Shown: positions 48,311 to 58,153, numbered from the stretch's first letter. The stretch: 64,000 nucleotides of DNA from Candidatus Binatia bacterium (GCA_963664395.2 OY761159.2:480001-544000), one strand, 5' to 3'. Numbers and translations are program-made. The notes: a model not told the origin generated them from the letters alone.

Positions 48311-49695
48311 AAGGCAAAACCTCCGCTGGTCGTGCTGAACTGTTGGATCAGGACGCTCTGGACACTGATGTCCTGTATTCGGCCCAAGGTCCGCTGGGCA
48401 CGCTTCAGGTGGGTAAGCACCTTGCGGACAGGTAGTTCCGGCAGGGCGGCAATAAAGAAATCCAGCAGATAGCGAAGTTTTTTGCATTCGATTCTCAACT
48501 CATGGAGCCGCTCGCTGCCGGCGTGTTGCAGGCTGTGCGGCTCTATTGAGACGAGCGCCCGATATTTCCGGACCATACTTTCGAGAACCAGTGCTTTGAC
48601 GGTCGGGGTATGCGGAGCATCCGCCTCAGGCTGGGTGGCAAACGTCTCCCACTCTCGCATCACGGCTCGGTACCGCCTGGTCTCGAATGTCTGCACCAGA
48701 GTCCGATAGTGTTCTCTGCGTTCCTGCTGGAGAAAAGCGAAAAAAGGGTGGAGAGCGGACCGGCTGTCAACCGGAAGCCGCTGACGGTAGTCGTCCTGCA
48801 CGAGGAGAAAAGCATCCAGGTCCCGCGCACTCCCGGTTGACCGTCCGAGCTGGGCCAGAGCTTTGCGAAATCGCTGTGTGGCTTTGGGAGGAAAAACTTC
48901 ACGCGTCTGTCCAAGCAGGGAGCGCGCCCGTCTGACGGCAACCCGAAAGTCGTGCAGATAGAGTGGGTCATCCCCCTGGCGCAGGCCCAACTCGTTATAG
49001 CGCACCATGGCCAGGAGTAAGCGCAAGAGGCGGCGGACTGCTCGGTCAACCGAGACCTCCGGCGGTAACGGCAAGGGGCGTTTGACCGAATATTTACCCG
49101 GAGAGCGGCCTGCTGTCGCCAACACTTCCTGGTTGACACTGCTGGTCGCCGGTATGAGGTCCTGCTCCTGACACCATAGCACTAATTGTTTCGCCTCTTT
49201 CTCATAGCCTCTGAGCGGCTGGACCCAGATACGCGGGCGGAGGGCAAGACTCTGATTTTTTTTCGCTACAGCGTGCTCTTCAACAATCAGGCGCACCGTT
49301 GTCTTCTGGCGCTGGTCGAACACCCGTATCGGGAGGCTGCGTGTATGCAGGCTGAAGAGCCGGGTGAACGGGAGATCCTCAATGAGCGCCACCAGGCGTT
49401 CTCGCAAACGGCTAGCCGGCAAATCCGTTGCAGAAGATGGAAGCGTCGGACAAGGAATCTCTTCAAGAGGGAACACTGCATCATACGACTGGAGAGCAAG
49501 CGTTTCAGCGTTCACGGAGAGGGCCAGTCGGTACAGGCTGAGCTGCCAGTCAGCCGTGTCGTACTGGGTGCGGCGCTCGGTCTTGAGCGGCTCTTTGTGG
49601 ATGGAGAACGAGTGGGCCAGCGCCTCAAGAAATTTTTTCCGGCTCCAGCGTCCTCGGGGAAGGAGTTGAATATCGGTTTTGTGTTCGCTGACCAT
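48049..49695 (-). CDS. CHAD domain protein (CYTH-like N-terminus)
   Basis: LHDFRVAVRRARS, ARDLD, LHELRIECKKLRY and QRTLGRIQD. Confidence 0.82.
   Translation of the reverse strand: MVSEHKTDIQLLPRGRWSRKKFLEALAHSFSIHKEPLKTERRTQYDTADWQLSLYRLALSVNAETLALQSYDAVFPLEEIPCPTLPSSATDLPASRLRERLVALIEDLPFTRLFSLHTRSLPIRVFDQRQKTTVRLIVEEHAVAKKNQSLALRPRIWVQPLRGYEKEAKQLVLWCQEQDLIPATSSVNQEVLATAGRSPGKYSVKRPLPLPPEVSVDRAVRRLLRLLLAMVRYNELGLRQGDDPLYLHDFRVAVRRARSLLGQTREVFPPKATQRFRKALAQLGRSTGSARDLDAFLLVQDDYRQRLPVDSRSALHPFFAFLQQERREHYRTLVQTFETRRYRAVMREWETFATQPEADAPHTPTVKALVLESMVRKYRALVSIEPHSLQHAGSERLHELRIECKKLRYLLDFFIAALPELPVRKVLTHLKRAQRTLGRIQDISVQSVLIQQFSTTSGGFAFHENGTRPALEVLLTSLISERQKLQQQVVEEFRTLIAVIDPMIPPLNGSGRVEIAGPQDRHARSAGPARSAGPARSAGPAGAGGEPG
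48073..48143. repeat. 18-bp tandem repeat (TGCCGGTCCTGCCGATCT) x3 plus a partial copy
   Basis: Directly visible; encodes AGPADL repeats on + and ARSAGP repeats on -. Confidence 0.9.
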
Positions 49696-49815
49696 GCGCT
49701 CCGCGAGAGCGATCTTATGCCCCCCGCTTGGGCGTTTCCTGCGCTCGCCCCTGTACTTGTAGCGCAGCCCGCCCCGCTCCGACAATACCGGTCCGTCGGA
49801 CGGTCCGAGACGGTC

Positions 49816-51651
49816 CTAGGGCAGTCCGCTACCAAGCGGTGTGCCGGCCCAGTCTTTGCCAATCACCGCTTCGACTTCAATCGGGACCTGATCCGCGACA
49901 ATCTCTCGCATGGCTTCGACCATATGTGCAGTCAACCATTCCTGGCCGGCCTCTGCCTCGGCCAGCGGCACTTCGACCAGAATTTCGTCGTGTACGCAGG
50001 CAACGGGCGTTGCGCTCGACACCTGGTCGCGGTGTTCAAACAAGCGCGCCAGAGCCAGCTTGAGACCGTCGCCACCCGTGCCTTGTACCGGGATATTGAG
50101 CAAGACGTTAAAGTGCCGCACGCCCAGAAAACGGCGTCCGGTGAGCGTGCGGGTTTCGAGTCCGCGCGCCTGATGCCGCGCCTGCTCAACCTGTCGTTTC
50201 GCCTGCTGATGCCAGCGTGCGATTCCCTGATAGGTGAGAAAGAAAGCGCGGTGGTATTGGGCCGCTTCCTGGTCTGACATGCGGACGCCGTACTTTGTTT
50301 CAGCATCATGTTTCAGGCCGTTCACCCCCATGCCGTACAGCAGGCCGAAGTTGACACTCTTGGCGAGTTGGCGGTGGTGCGGTTCAACCTGGTTCAGGGG
50401 GATGTGTAGAATGCGCGAAGCAGTCAGCGCATGCAGGTCGGTTTCCTCTCGGAACGCTTGCAGCATGGTCGCGTCGTTGGCCAGGGCCGCTGCGATACGG
50501 AGTTCGACCTGTGAATAGTCGGCTTTAATCAGGGCCATTTCCGGTGCGGCGCGAAAGCAGGCGCGAAAGGAACGCGCCTTTGGGATCTGTTGGATATTTG
50601 GGCCACCGCAACTCATCCGACCGGTGGCCGCCCCGTTCTGGAAATAGACCGGATAGACTCGTTCCGAGTCCGTATCGAAAAACGAGTCGATGACACTCCG
50701 GCCATACGTACTGACCCGTTTGGCAACTTCTTTATGGTTGACCAAAAGTTCGGCAATGGGATGGTCGATTTTCTTCAGCGTTGCGGCCCGAGCATTGGGT
50801 AATGCAATATCCAGGGTTTGGAACAGCGCCTTGATTTGCTGGGATGAGGCCCAATTTATGGCCATGCCCAAATCCTGAGCGTGTACGTTGAGCTGTTGGG
50901 TCAGGGCACCGAGCTGTGCTTCATCTTCCAATGTCCGGGCCAGCCAGCCTTCCGCATCAAAGGCGACGCCGGCGATTTCCATCCAGGCCAAAGCTTGCAC
51001 ACAGCGAAATTCAATATCCGCCGCCCGTGCCAGGCCCGCTTCTACCAGCGCTGGACGCAAGCCATCGTACAGCGGCCACAGCACCGCAACATCCCGCGCA
51101 GCATACTCCAGTTGTGCTGCGCTCAGTTCCCCGGACCAGTCAGCCGCTTGCAAATCTTTAGGCAGCGCGTGTCCTAATTCCTGTTCAACCAGGTGTTCAA
51201 GACTATGTCGTACTCTCAGTCCAGCCTTGAGCACCTGGTTGGCCAACATCGTGTCAAAGACTTCAGCCGGCCAGGGACAGCCGGCTGAGACAAGAAATTT
51301 CAGGTCAAACTTGGCATTGTGGAAGAGCCAGCGGCGCTCCGTATTGAAAAGGGGGAAGATCGCTTCAAGGGGGATGTGACGCATATCAAAAAGATAAGCG
51401 TGGTCCGGTGTCGCGATCTGGATGAGCCGGAGGGAGTCTTTCCGAAAGTCTAATCCCGTGGTTTCGGTATCACAGGACAGGATGGGCGCAGCGTGCAGGA
51501 CGGGAAGCAGCCGCTCAAGCTGAGCCGGTTCAGTCACCACAGTATATTCAGGTGTTTCAAACACGGGCAGGGCTCCAAACGGAGCTGCCTGACTTGTTTG
51601 AGAGTGCATCTCTTCCGGGAAGAGAACGCCTTGTTCGTAGGGCTGCATCAT
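49816..51651 (-). CDS. Family A DNA polymerase with 3'-5' exonuclease and no 5' nuclease domain
   Basis: ExoI DTETTG, ExoII HNAKFD, ExoIII YAARD; motif A DYSQVELR, motif B RQLAKSVNFGLLYG, motif C VHDE; about 610 aa. Confidence 0.9.
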   Translation of the reverse strand: MMQPYEQGVLFPEEMHSQTSQAAPFGALPVFETPEYTVVTEPAQLERLLPVLHAAPILSCDTETTGLDFRKDSLRLIQIATPDHAYLFDMRHIPLEAIFPLFNTERRWLFHNAKFDLKFLVSAGCPWPAEVFDTMLANQVLKAGLRVRHSLEHLVEQELGHALPKDLQAADWSGELSAAQLEYAARDVAVLWPLYDGLRPALVEAGLARAADIEFRCVQALAWMEIAGVAFDAEGWLARTLEDEAQLGALTQQLNVHAQDLGMAINWASSQQIKALFQTLDIALPNARAATLKKIDHPIAELLVNHKEVAKRVSTYGRSVIDSFFDTDSERVYPVYFQNGAATGRMSCGGPNIQQIPKARSFRACFRAAPEMALIKADYSQVELRIAAALANDATMLQAFREETDLHALTASRILHIPLNQVEPHHRQLAKSVNFGLLYGMGVNGLKHDAETKYGVRMSDQEAAQYHRAFFLTYQGIARWHQQAKRQVEQARHQARGLETRTLTGRRFLGVRHFNVLLNIPVQGTGGDGLKLALARLFEHRDQVSSATPVACVHDEILVEVPLAEAEAGQEWLTAHMVEAMREIVADQVPIEVEAVIGKDWAGTPLGSGLP

Positions 51652-51749
51652 GCTTCGTCTCACCAAAAGAGGGGCAGGCTACCACCCTTCAAAGCCTCAC
51701 GCGCCATACAGTATTTCCTATACTTGCGTCCACTGTTACAGAGCTGTTG

Positions 51750-52364
51750 TTATTTCTGCTCGCGATCTTCGGTCCCGCGCAACACGGCTTTGGGTGCCGT
51801 GCAGACGACACTATCCCCTCCATAACTCCCCGCGCATTCCCAGCGGTAATGGGTCGCTGTGTCCCCTGCATAATAATCCAAATAGTCCCCGGTCACACAA
51901 CTATTAAGAGTGCTCCCGCATTGCCCGTCTACCTGAGCCAAACAGGTGGGGGCATTCACTCCATATATCCGCTCACAGGTCCACTCGCAGGCCGTAATGT
52001 CCGCCGCCGCCGTGCTATGACGCACTAACTCGGTGATCTCAAAGAAGCCATCGGTATGCACCTTCTCCTCATAGGCGGTATACCGGCCTCGCACTTCCAC
52101 AAAGAGTTGGCCGTATTTCGTCAACTGCCCACTGTTCTCCATGCCGGCATACGCCTGTGAGAGGGTGGTAAAGGCGGGACTATCGACCACGTCCCATATT
52201 TCAAAGACATGACAGGGGTGCAACACATTTTCGTACTCCCCATCGGGATTACTAATATACAAGCCCGTGACGGTGATGATCTCGCTGTCCTGCGCTTCTA
52301 CGAGGCCACCAGGCAGTACCACGGCCACGAGCATCAAAACGACGCAGAAACGTTTCATCCGCAT
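51750..52364 (-). CDS. Secreted protein with a Cys-rich C-terminal module
   Basis: Signal peptide MRMKRFCVVLMLVAVVLPGGLVEA; VDGQCGSTLNSCVTG...WECAGSYGGDSVVC. Confidence 0.7.
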   Translation of the reverse strand: MRMKRFCVVLMLVAVVLPGGLVEAQDSEIITVTGLYISNPDGEYENVLHPCHVFEIWDVVDSPAFTTLSQAYAGMENSGQLTKYGQLFVEVRGRYTAYEEKVHTDGFFEITELVRHSTAAADITACEWTCERIYGVNAPTCLAQVDGQCGSTLNSCVTGDYLDYYAGDTATHYRWECAGSYGGDSVVCTAPKAVLRGTEDREQK

Positions 52365-52650
52365 GTCCGCACCTCGGGAGCTTGTGTGTTGAGAAGGTTT
52401 TGTTCGTATGGCATACAGCCTGGCCTACCAATGCTACAACCGCGTTTTCCTGTCGATATCAGAATATATTCCCCCTCTCCAGACTGTTACAAAATTCAGC
52501 CGTGGGGAGAATACGGATGCCGTCGTCGGTCCGACGGCTCTTGGACTCCAGCCGCTCTCCAATTAACACCCCGCAATCATTCCATCAGAAATTATGTTAA
52601 AGTAAGTTTCTGGAGACTGAGGACCGAAAGGCGAACAGCAGCACACAAGG

Positions 52651-53430
52651 ATGAATTATTCCAATCTCATTACCCCGAATCGATTTGATGCCATTCTGTT
52701 TGATCTGGACGGCGTGCTGACGGCCACAGAAAAAATCCATGCCGCCTGCTGGAAGCAGATGTTTGACCGCTTTCTAAGCCAGTACGCAGCAGCACACAAC
52801 CTGTCCTTCCAGCCTTTCGACATCCAGACTGATTACAATTTGCATGTGGACGGGAAAGCTCTGTTCGACGGCGTGCGGAACTTTCTCGAATCGCGCCATA
52901 TTGATCTGCCGGCAGGAAGCCCGGCAGCGCCGCCCGATTGGGAAACGATTCACGGCTTAGGCAACCGAAAAAACACAATGGTGAATCAGGTCATTGCCTC
53001 GGACGGCGTCCATGCCTTCCCTGGGAGTACGGCCTTTGCCCTCCATGTCCGGCGCATCGGACTGAAAACCGCCGTCGTCACCCCCAGCGCGAACTGTACA
53101 CTCGTGCTCAGATCAGCCGGGATTACGGACCTGTTTGACCTCCGTGTTGATAGAGATGTGGCTGCCCAGGAAAATCTCGCCGGCAAACCCGCACCGGACA
53201 TGTTTCTGGCAGCAGCCCGGAAGCTCAACGTTCTGCCTGCCCGGGCAGTGGTGATTGAAGACGCCATCTCAGGCGTGCAGTCAGGCCGCGCCGGAAATTT
53301 CGGTCTGGTGATTGGTGTTGATCGCCGCGGACATGGCGACCTGCTCAAAGCCAACGGGGCCGACATCGTGGTGAAAGACGTGGGCGACCTGCTCAGTCCT
53401 GCGGCGCACAGCTCACGCCCGGACTCCTGA
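52651..53430 (+). CDS. Beta-phosphoglucomutase-family HAD hydrolase
   Basis: FDLDGVLT, HAACWKQMFD, GKPAPDMF and VIEDAISGV. Confidence 0.85.
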   Translation: MNYSNLITPNRFDAILFDLDGVLTATEKIHAACWKQMFDRFLSQYAAAHNLSFQPFDIQTDYNLHVDGKALFDGVRNFLESRHIDLPAGSPAAPPDWETIHGLGNRKNTMVNQVIASDGVHAFPGSTAFALHVRRIGLKTAVVTPSANCTLVLRSAGITDLFDLRVDRDVAAQENLAGKPAPDMFLAAARKLNVLPARAVVIEDAISGVQSGRAGNFGLVIGVDRRGHGDLLKANGADIVVKDVGDLLSPAAHSSRPDS

Positions 53431-54581
53431 AGCGGCACGGTCGGGGCAGCCCTGGGCATCGCGTGGAGTGACCTTCCAGCCCGCCTTCTCTCGCTCCAGG
53501 GTCACATAGCCAAAACCTGTCAGCATTTCTGCGTGTGAGACCGCTCGGTCGGCTATGTCGAGTCCGACCAGTTCGGTGGCAAGTGGAGGGTCGAGTAACG
53601 CTCCACCATTCCCAACCACGAACTGATGCGGCTTTCCCTGCGCAAAGGCCAGGAACTCAAGCGTATGGATATGGCCGGATAGGACTAATTCGATGCCTTG
53701 TGGAAATCGCTGTTGGACAGCAGCCAAGCCGGGTTGTGGCCGGGATTTGAGATTTGCTCCGCCAAGGCCGCAAACTGATGCGCGAAGTGGGCGACCGTCT
53801 CAGGAGCGGACCTAATGTCGTGCGCCGTCGTTGTATCCAGAACAAACACATCTCGATCTCCGATTGGCACGACATACGGCTCAGTCTCGTCGGTACATTC
53901 CTGGGGTAACGGTCTGGGGTCAAGCAGACGAAACCAGGCATTGCCCGTCCGCTGACACGCCTCATGATTGTCCCGGACAAATATCCACGGAGCCGCGCTG
54001 AGTAATAGTTCGGCCGGCGCGAAGAAGTCGGCCTCGGCGGCCGCCCAGGTGTCTCCCCACGGACTGCCGGCACAAGCAGGGTTGCCGGTCGGGCAGGGCG
54101 AGTCACGATAAAAGTAATCACCCACATGAATCACCAAGTCCGACTGCCAGGCCGCGGCGCTGCGGGCGATACGCGCAAAGGGCCAAGCATTCGGATCATG
54201 ACAGGCTTGGACAAGCGTGTTTTTCATTCGACATCCGGTGTCGCCCAGGACGACAATCTTTTCCGGGGGACGCGATAAAAGAGGCAGTTGGCGTCCGTCA
54301 ACAGTGACGCTGACAGCATCGGGCGGCAACGCAGCCTCGCAGATAAGGATCGGAAAATCCGGTCGGGATGGGCGCGCACGTATGCGGAAAGGGAAGCGCT
54401 CGGCATTGACCTGTAGTGCCGGACAGGCCGCCGCGGTTGACACCACGCGCACGATCGCCCGACCGTCAGGCCCGAGTGCTGTCCACGCCAGGGGAAGCGC
54501 GCCTCGCGCTGAGACACAAGAAAGATGCAGCACCCAGGCGACAAGGAGAATGCGCCGTAAGCAAGACATTAAGCAAGACAT
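53413..54581 (-). pseudogene. Secreted metallophosphoesterase, frameshifted by an apparent internal deletion
   Basis: GDTGCR, HVGDY and DNHE in 53685-54581; SGHIH and VGNGG in another frame (53413-53727). The frame switch lies near 53720. Confidence 0.7.
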
Positions 54582-54593
54582 ACGGTTCCGGAC

Positions 54594-57590
54594 TCATTCC
54601 CGTGAGGCCGGGGTAATTGTCAATTCAAGCCGCTGCCCGTTTCGCATGACGGTGATGCCAACCGGCTCATCAACTTTGAGACTCCCCAGGACATAGGTGT
54701 AGTCATAGATATTCTCAACCGCTTTACCCGCCAGCTCAAGCACCACGTCTCCACCCCGAACACCGGCGAGGTCAGCCGGGCCACCTGTCGCCACCCCTGA
54801 AAGCTGTACCCCAGTGATGTTGCCCTGGGCATAGTCCGGAATCGTACCCAGATAGGAACGCAGGCGGACACGCCCCACAGGACTCTGCGGCTTTTCGATT
54901 GCGATATAGTCCGGTGCCGTGTGGCTACGAGCCAACGCACGAGTCAATCCGGTCATCAGCCGGGTAATTTTTGTGAGGCCGGTATAGTTGAGCTTCTCTA
55001 CCGTATCGCGTGGCGAGTGATATTCCGCATGCCCGCCGGTAAAAGCGTTCAGGATCGGAACACCTTTGAGATAGAATGAGGTCGCATCGGTGGGCAGATA
55101 GCTGTCATTCTGAAGCGTAATCGGAAGACCGACAGAAACATTTTGTTGTTCAATCTTTTCCGGCCATTCTGAGCTTGAGCCAACCCCTTGCAGAACGAGG
55201 GCAGTATCAAGTCGGCCCACCATGTCCATATTGAGATAGGCAGCAATAGCAGGGGAGAGCGTCTCCGGTTCTGTCTGTCCAAAGGTCTTGGTGAAGTGGC
55301 TTGACCCCAGGAGACCCAGCTCTTCACCCGACCACAAGGCAAACAGGACATCGCGCTTCAGAGCCAGCTCGCCTTTGGCGTGTTGCATGGCGAGCGTTTT
55401 GGCAATGCCCAGGACGGCGGCCACCCCGGAGGCGTTGTCGTCTGCTCCGAAATGGATATCGCCCTTTTCATCCTCGCGTGCCAGCGACCCATTCCCCAAA
55501 CCAGTGCCCAGATGATCGATATGCGCCCCGACAACGACCATGCCGGTGGACTGCTCGGCGGCGCGTAAACGCGCCAATACATTCCGGCCCTGCCGTTGCT
55601 CGTGTTGAATATCGATCGTCGCTCCGAGCGTCAGGCCGTCCAGGCTGAAGCCGGATATGAGCTGGCCGGTATCTAATGTATCCTGGAGTTCTTTCAGCGA
55701 CCTGCCCGCCTGCCGGAGCCAGGCTTCAGCCAGCGCGTCAGTCACTGACACCGCCCCAACGCTGCTGCCTGCCAGTGAGGCGTCAAAGACGAGTGGGACT
55801 AATTGCTCCTTGACTGTGGTATTCGGCCCACTCGCAATGATCAGTCCGCGTGCCCCCCGGTCTCGGGCAACCATGGCTTTGTAGCGCAGGCTGGCGTAGC
55901 GGTTGAGATGCTGTCGATACGGTGCGGCAATGTTTTCGGGCAGATAGCGCAACACCAGGACCCATTTGTCTTGCACATCCAGATGGGCGTAGGAATCGTA
56001 TTCCGGGTGCTCGTCGGCGGCCGGGGCGACAATGCCGTACCCGGCAAAGACTACGCCGGCGGACTCAAAATCGCCCACCTGCGAGAAGGTCAACGGCCGC
56101 CAGTCCGTATCAATTGCATACTCGGCATACGCCATGCCCTTCTCTGACGGCGACTCGGGCTGTTGTTTCAACACATTCTTCGGACCAAGGGAGACGCCGG
56201 CGGTAAACTCAAAAGACTGAAAAAACATCCCATTGTCGCCCGCGGGTTCGAGCCCGCTGTCTTTCAGCATCGCGGCGACATACTCCGTTGCCAGCCTTTC
56301 GCCGTCCGTTCCCGTGAGCCGCCCGGCCATACGTTCGGAGGCAAGGTCGGCCACGACCTGGCGCAATTCACACGTTCGCGTCTCGTGCGTTCGAAGGGAT
56401 GCCGCGTCAGTGGAGGCGAGCCCCAACAGGCAGCGGGCCGCGCCGTCATCCCAGTCGGCAAAAAAGAGCTGCGCTTTTTTGTCCGCGGTCCGGCTACTGG
56501 TCCACGCCAACTGCTTTCCGTCCGGAGCGAACACCGGCAGGCCGTCAAAGCCGGGGGTATAGGTGACCCGCACCGGTTCGGAGCGCCCGTCCGTGTCCAC
56601 AATATACAACTCGAAGTTCCCAAAACCGTGCAGGTTGGTCGTAAAGATCAGATAGTCACCGGACGGGTGAAAATACGGCGCCCAGGACATAGCACCCAGA
56701 CTCGTGACCTGCTTTTTATCCGTGCCATCGATACGCATGGTCCAGACTTCGGCTTGGGTGCCCTCGGGGGAGAATCGACGCCAGACCAGACGTTTGCCGT
56801 CCGGACTGAAAAACGGACCCCCGTCATAGCCCAGCGAGGTCGTCAGCCGACGCACGCCCGAGCCCTCCGCCCACATGATGTAGATGTCCATCTGCGACGA
56901 CGGGTCTTTCCGAAAGTGCTCTTTCTCCTCGTCTGACAGTCTTTCCGTATACGCGTGACGATTCGACGCAAAGGCAATGAGTTGGCCGTTTGGAGACCAG
57001 GACCCCTCGGCATCGTAGCCCTTGGCACTGGTCAGCTTGCGCGGGTTGTGTCCCACGTCCTGTCTATTGAGAGTTACTTCAAAGAGGTCGTACTGCTCAT
57101 CAAAATCCCATTCGTAACGCCGCTGGGTGCCCGCCTGCCGTTCCTCCAGTTCTGCCTGCTGCTTCTTTTCGGCGGCCGGGTCTTCATGCGTTGAGGCAAA
57201 CAGGACTTTGTCTTGTGAAGGATGAAACCAGGCACACGTCGTCTTTCCGACTCCGGGCGAGACCCGCTGGGTCTGCCCGGTGAGGCGATGCATGACATAA
57301 ATCTGAAAAAATGGATTGTCGGGCTCACGTTCACTCTGAAAGATGAGCTGCGAGCCATCCGGGCTGAAATAGCCCTCACCGGCGCGCTTGCCGGCGAAGG
57401 TCAGTTGTCGGGTATTGCGCACGAGCTGGGCTTCGTGCCAGGTGTCCGGAGTGGAAGATTGCGCGGCGGTCACACCGGAAGTCGCATGTGGATGTTGGTT
57501 GTCTTGCCGAGTCGGGTCGGCGTGGGCCGGGCCGGCGGAAAAGGCAAGACCCACACCAAAGACGGCGCAGAGAAGGGCAGTACACTTCAT
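54594..57590 (-). CDS. Secreted M28 peptidase with TolB-like PD40 repeats, PA and PDZ domains
   Basis: Signal peptide; FSPDG repeats; GAHID, GADDNASG, SGEELGLLGS, NMDMVG, YHSP.D; C-terminal PDZ (YLGTIPD). Confidence 0.88.
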   Translation of the reverse strand: MKCTALLCAVFGVGLAFSAGPAHADPTRQDNQHPHATSGVTAAQSSTPDTWHEAQLVRNTRQLTFAGKRAGEGYFSPDGSQLIFQSEREPDNPFFQIYVMHRLTGQTQRVSPGVGKTTCAWFHPSQDKVLFASTHEDPAAEKKQQAELEERQAGTQRRYEWDFDEQYDLFEVTLNRQDVGHNPRKLTSAKGYDAEGSWSPNGQLIAFASNRHAYTERLSDEEKEHFRKDPSSQMDIYIMWAEGSGVRRLTTSLGYDGGPFFSPDGKRLVWRRFSPEGTQAEVWTMRIDGTDKKQVTSLGAMSWAPYFHPSGDYLIFTTNLHGFGNFELYIVDTDGRSEPVRVTYTPGFDGLPVFAPDGKQLAWTSSRTADKKAQLFFADWDDGAARCLLGLASTDAASLRTHETRTCELRQVVADLASERMAGRLTGTDGERLATEYVAAMLKDSGLEPAGDNGMFFQSFEFTAGVSLGPKNVLKQQPESPSEKGMAYAEYAIDTDWRPLTFSQVGDFESAGVVFAGYGIVAPAADEHPEYDSYAHLDVQDKWVLVLRYLPENIAAPYRQHLNRYASLRYKAMVARDRGARGLIIASGPNTTVKEQLVPLVFDASLAGSSVGAVSVTDALAEAWLRQAGRSLKELQDTLDTGQLISGFSLDGLTLGATIDIQHEQRQGRNVLARLRAAEQSTGMVVVGAHIDHLGTGLGNGSLAREDEKGDIHFGADDNASGVAAVLGIAKTLAMQHAKGELALKRDVLFALWSGEELGLLGSSHFTKTFGQTEPETLSPAIAAYLNMDMVGRLDTALVLQGVGSSSEWPEKIEQQNVSVGLPITLQNDSYLPTDATSFYLKGVPILNAFTGGHAEYHSPRDTVEKLNYTGLTKITRLMTGLTRALARSHTAPDYIAIEKPQSPVGRVRLRSYLGTIPDYAQGNITGVQLSGVATGGPADLAGVRGGDVVLELAGKAVENIYDYTYVLGSLKVDEPVGITVMRNGQRLELTITPASRE

Positions 57591-57695
57591 GGCTGGGAAT
57601 CATACGTGAGGAGGGGTCAGCAGGCCACGGGGATGTTATCCTTCTTCGCGGCGCAGTTCACGAGCGCTCCGTGAGCGCACTCCGCGCCCGGAATG

Positions 57696-57830
57696 TCAGA
57701 CATTGCTGAGCGGTTGGACGCACGCACGAAGCGTTTCAACAAGCTCGGCCTCAGCACGCGTCTCAAAGGCCGCGGCATTGATTTGATAGACGGCCGCCCG
57801 GTCGTTCTCTTTTTCGGCCCGAATGCGCAT
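57696..57830 (-). pseudogene. 5' stub of a GNAT (YhbS-like) acetyltransferase gene
   Basis: MRIRAEKENDRAAVYQINAAAFETRAEAELVETLRACVQPLSNV* is 44 aa, resembling a GNAT N-terminus only. Confidence 0.55.
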
Positions 57831-57913
57831 AGATCATGTGTCCGTCAGCATGCACACGGTCCTTCATATACAAAACATTGACCGAACCCGCGCCGAAGCG
57901 ATACAAACACGAT

Positions 57914-58153
57914 ATGCAGAAATGGGTTGTCGTCTATTCCACTCCCACCTGAGGTCCGTGCACACTGGCGAAGGAGTTTCTTTCGCAGGCAGGCATAGCA
58001 TTCACCGCCTATGATGTCAGTACTGACGCGGCGGCCCAGGAGCGTCTCCGGCAACTCCCCGGCCGGGTCTCTCTACCGGTGATTAGCGTCGATGATACCG
58101 TCATTATCGGCTTTCAGAAGGCCAGGCTCCGGGAGCTGTTGGAAATTGCCTGA
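57914..58153 (+). CDS. Glutaredoxin/NrdH-like protein with in-frame UGA (predicted selenoprotein, UxxC)
   Basis: MQKWVVVYSTPT-TGA-GPCTLAKEFLSQAGIAFTAYDVS...GRVSLPVISVDDTVIIGFQKARLRELL. The TGA at 57950-57952 sits at the first Cys of CxxC. Confidence 0.82.
57965..57988 (+). promoter_or_regulatory. Putative bacterial SECIS hairpin
   Basis: Stem GCGAAGG/CTTTCGC with loop AGTTT about 22 nt after the UGA, extendable by CTG/CAG. Confidence 0.6.

Noticed and set aside
52575-52602. TTATGTTAAAG resembling a XerD arm
   Set aside because: No XerC-like arm ending in ATAA at the required 6-bp spacing.
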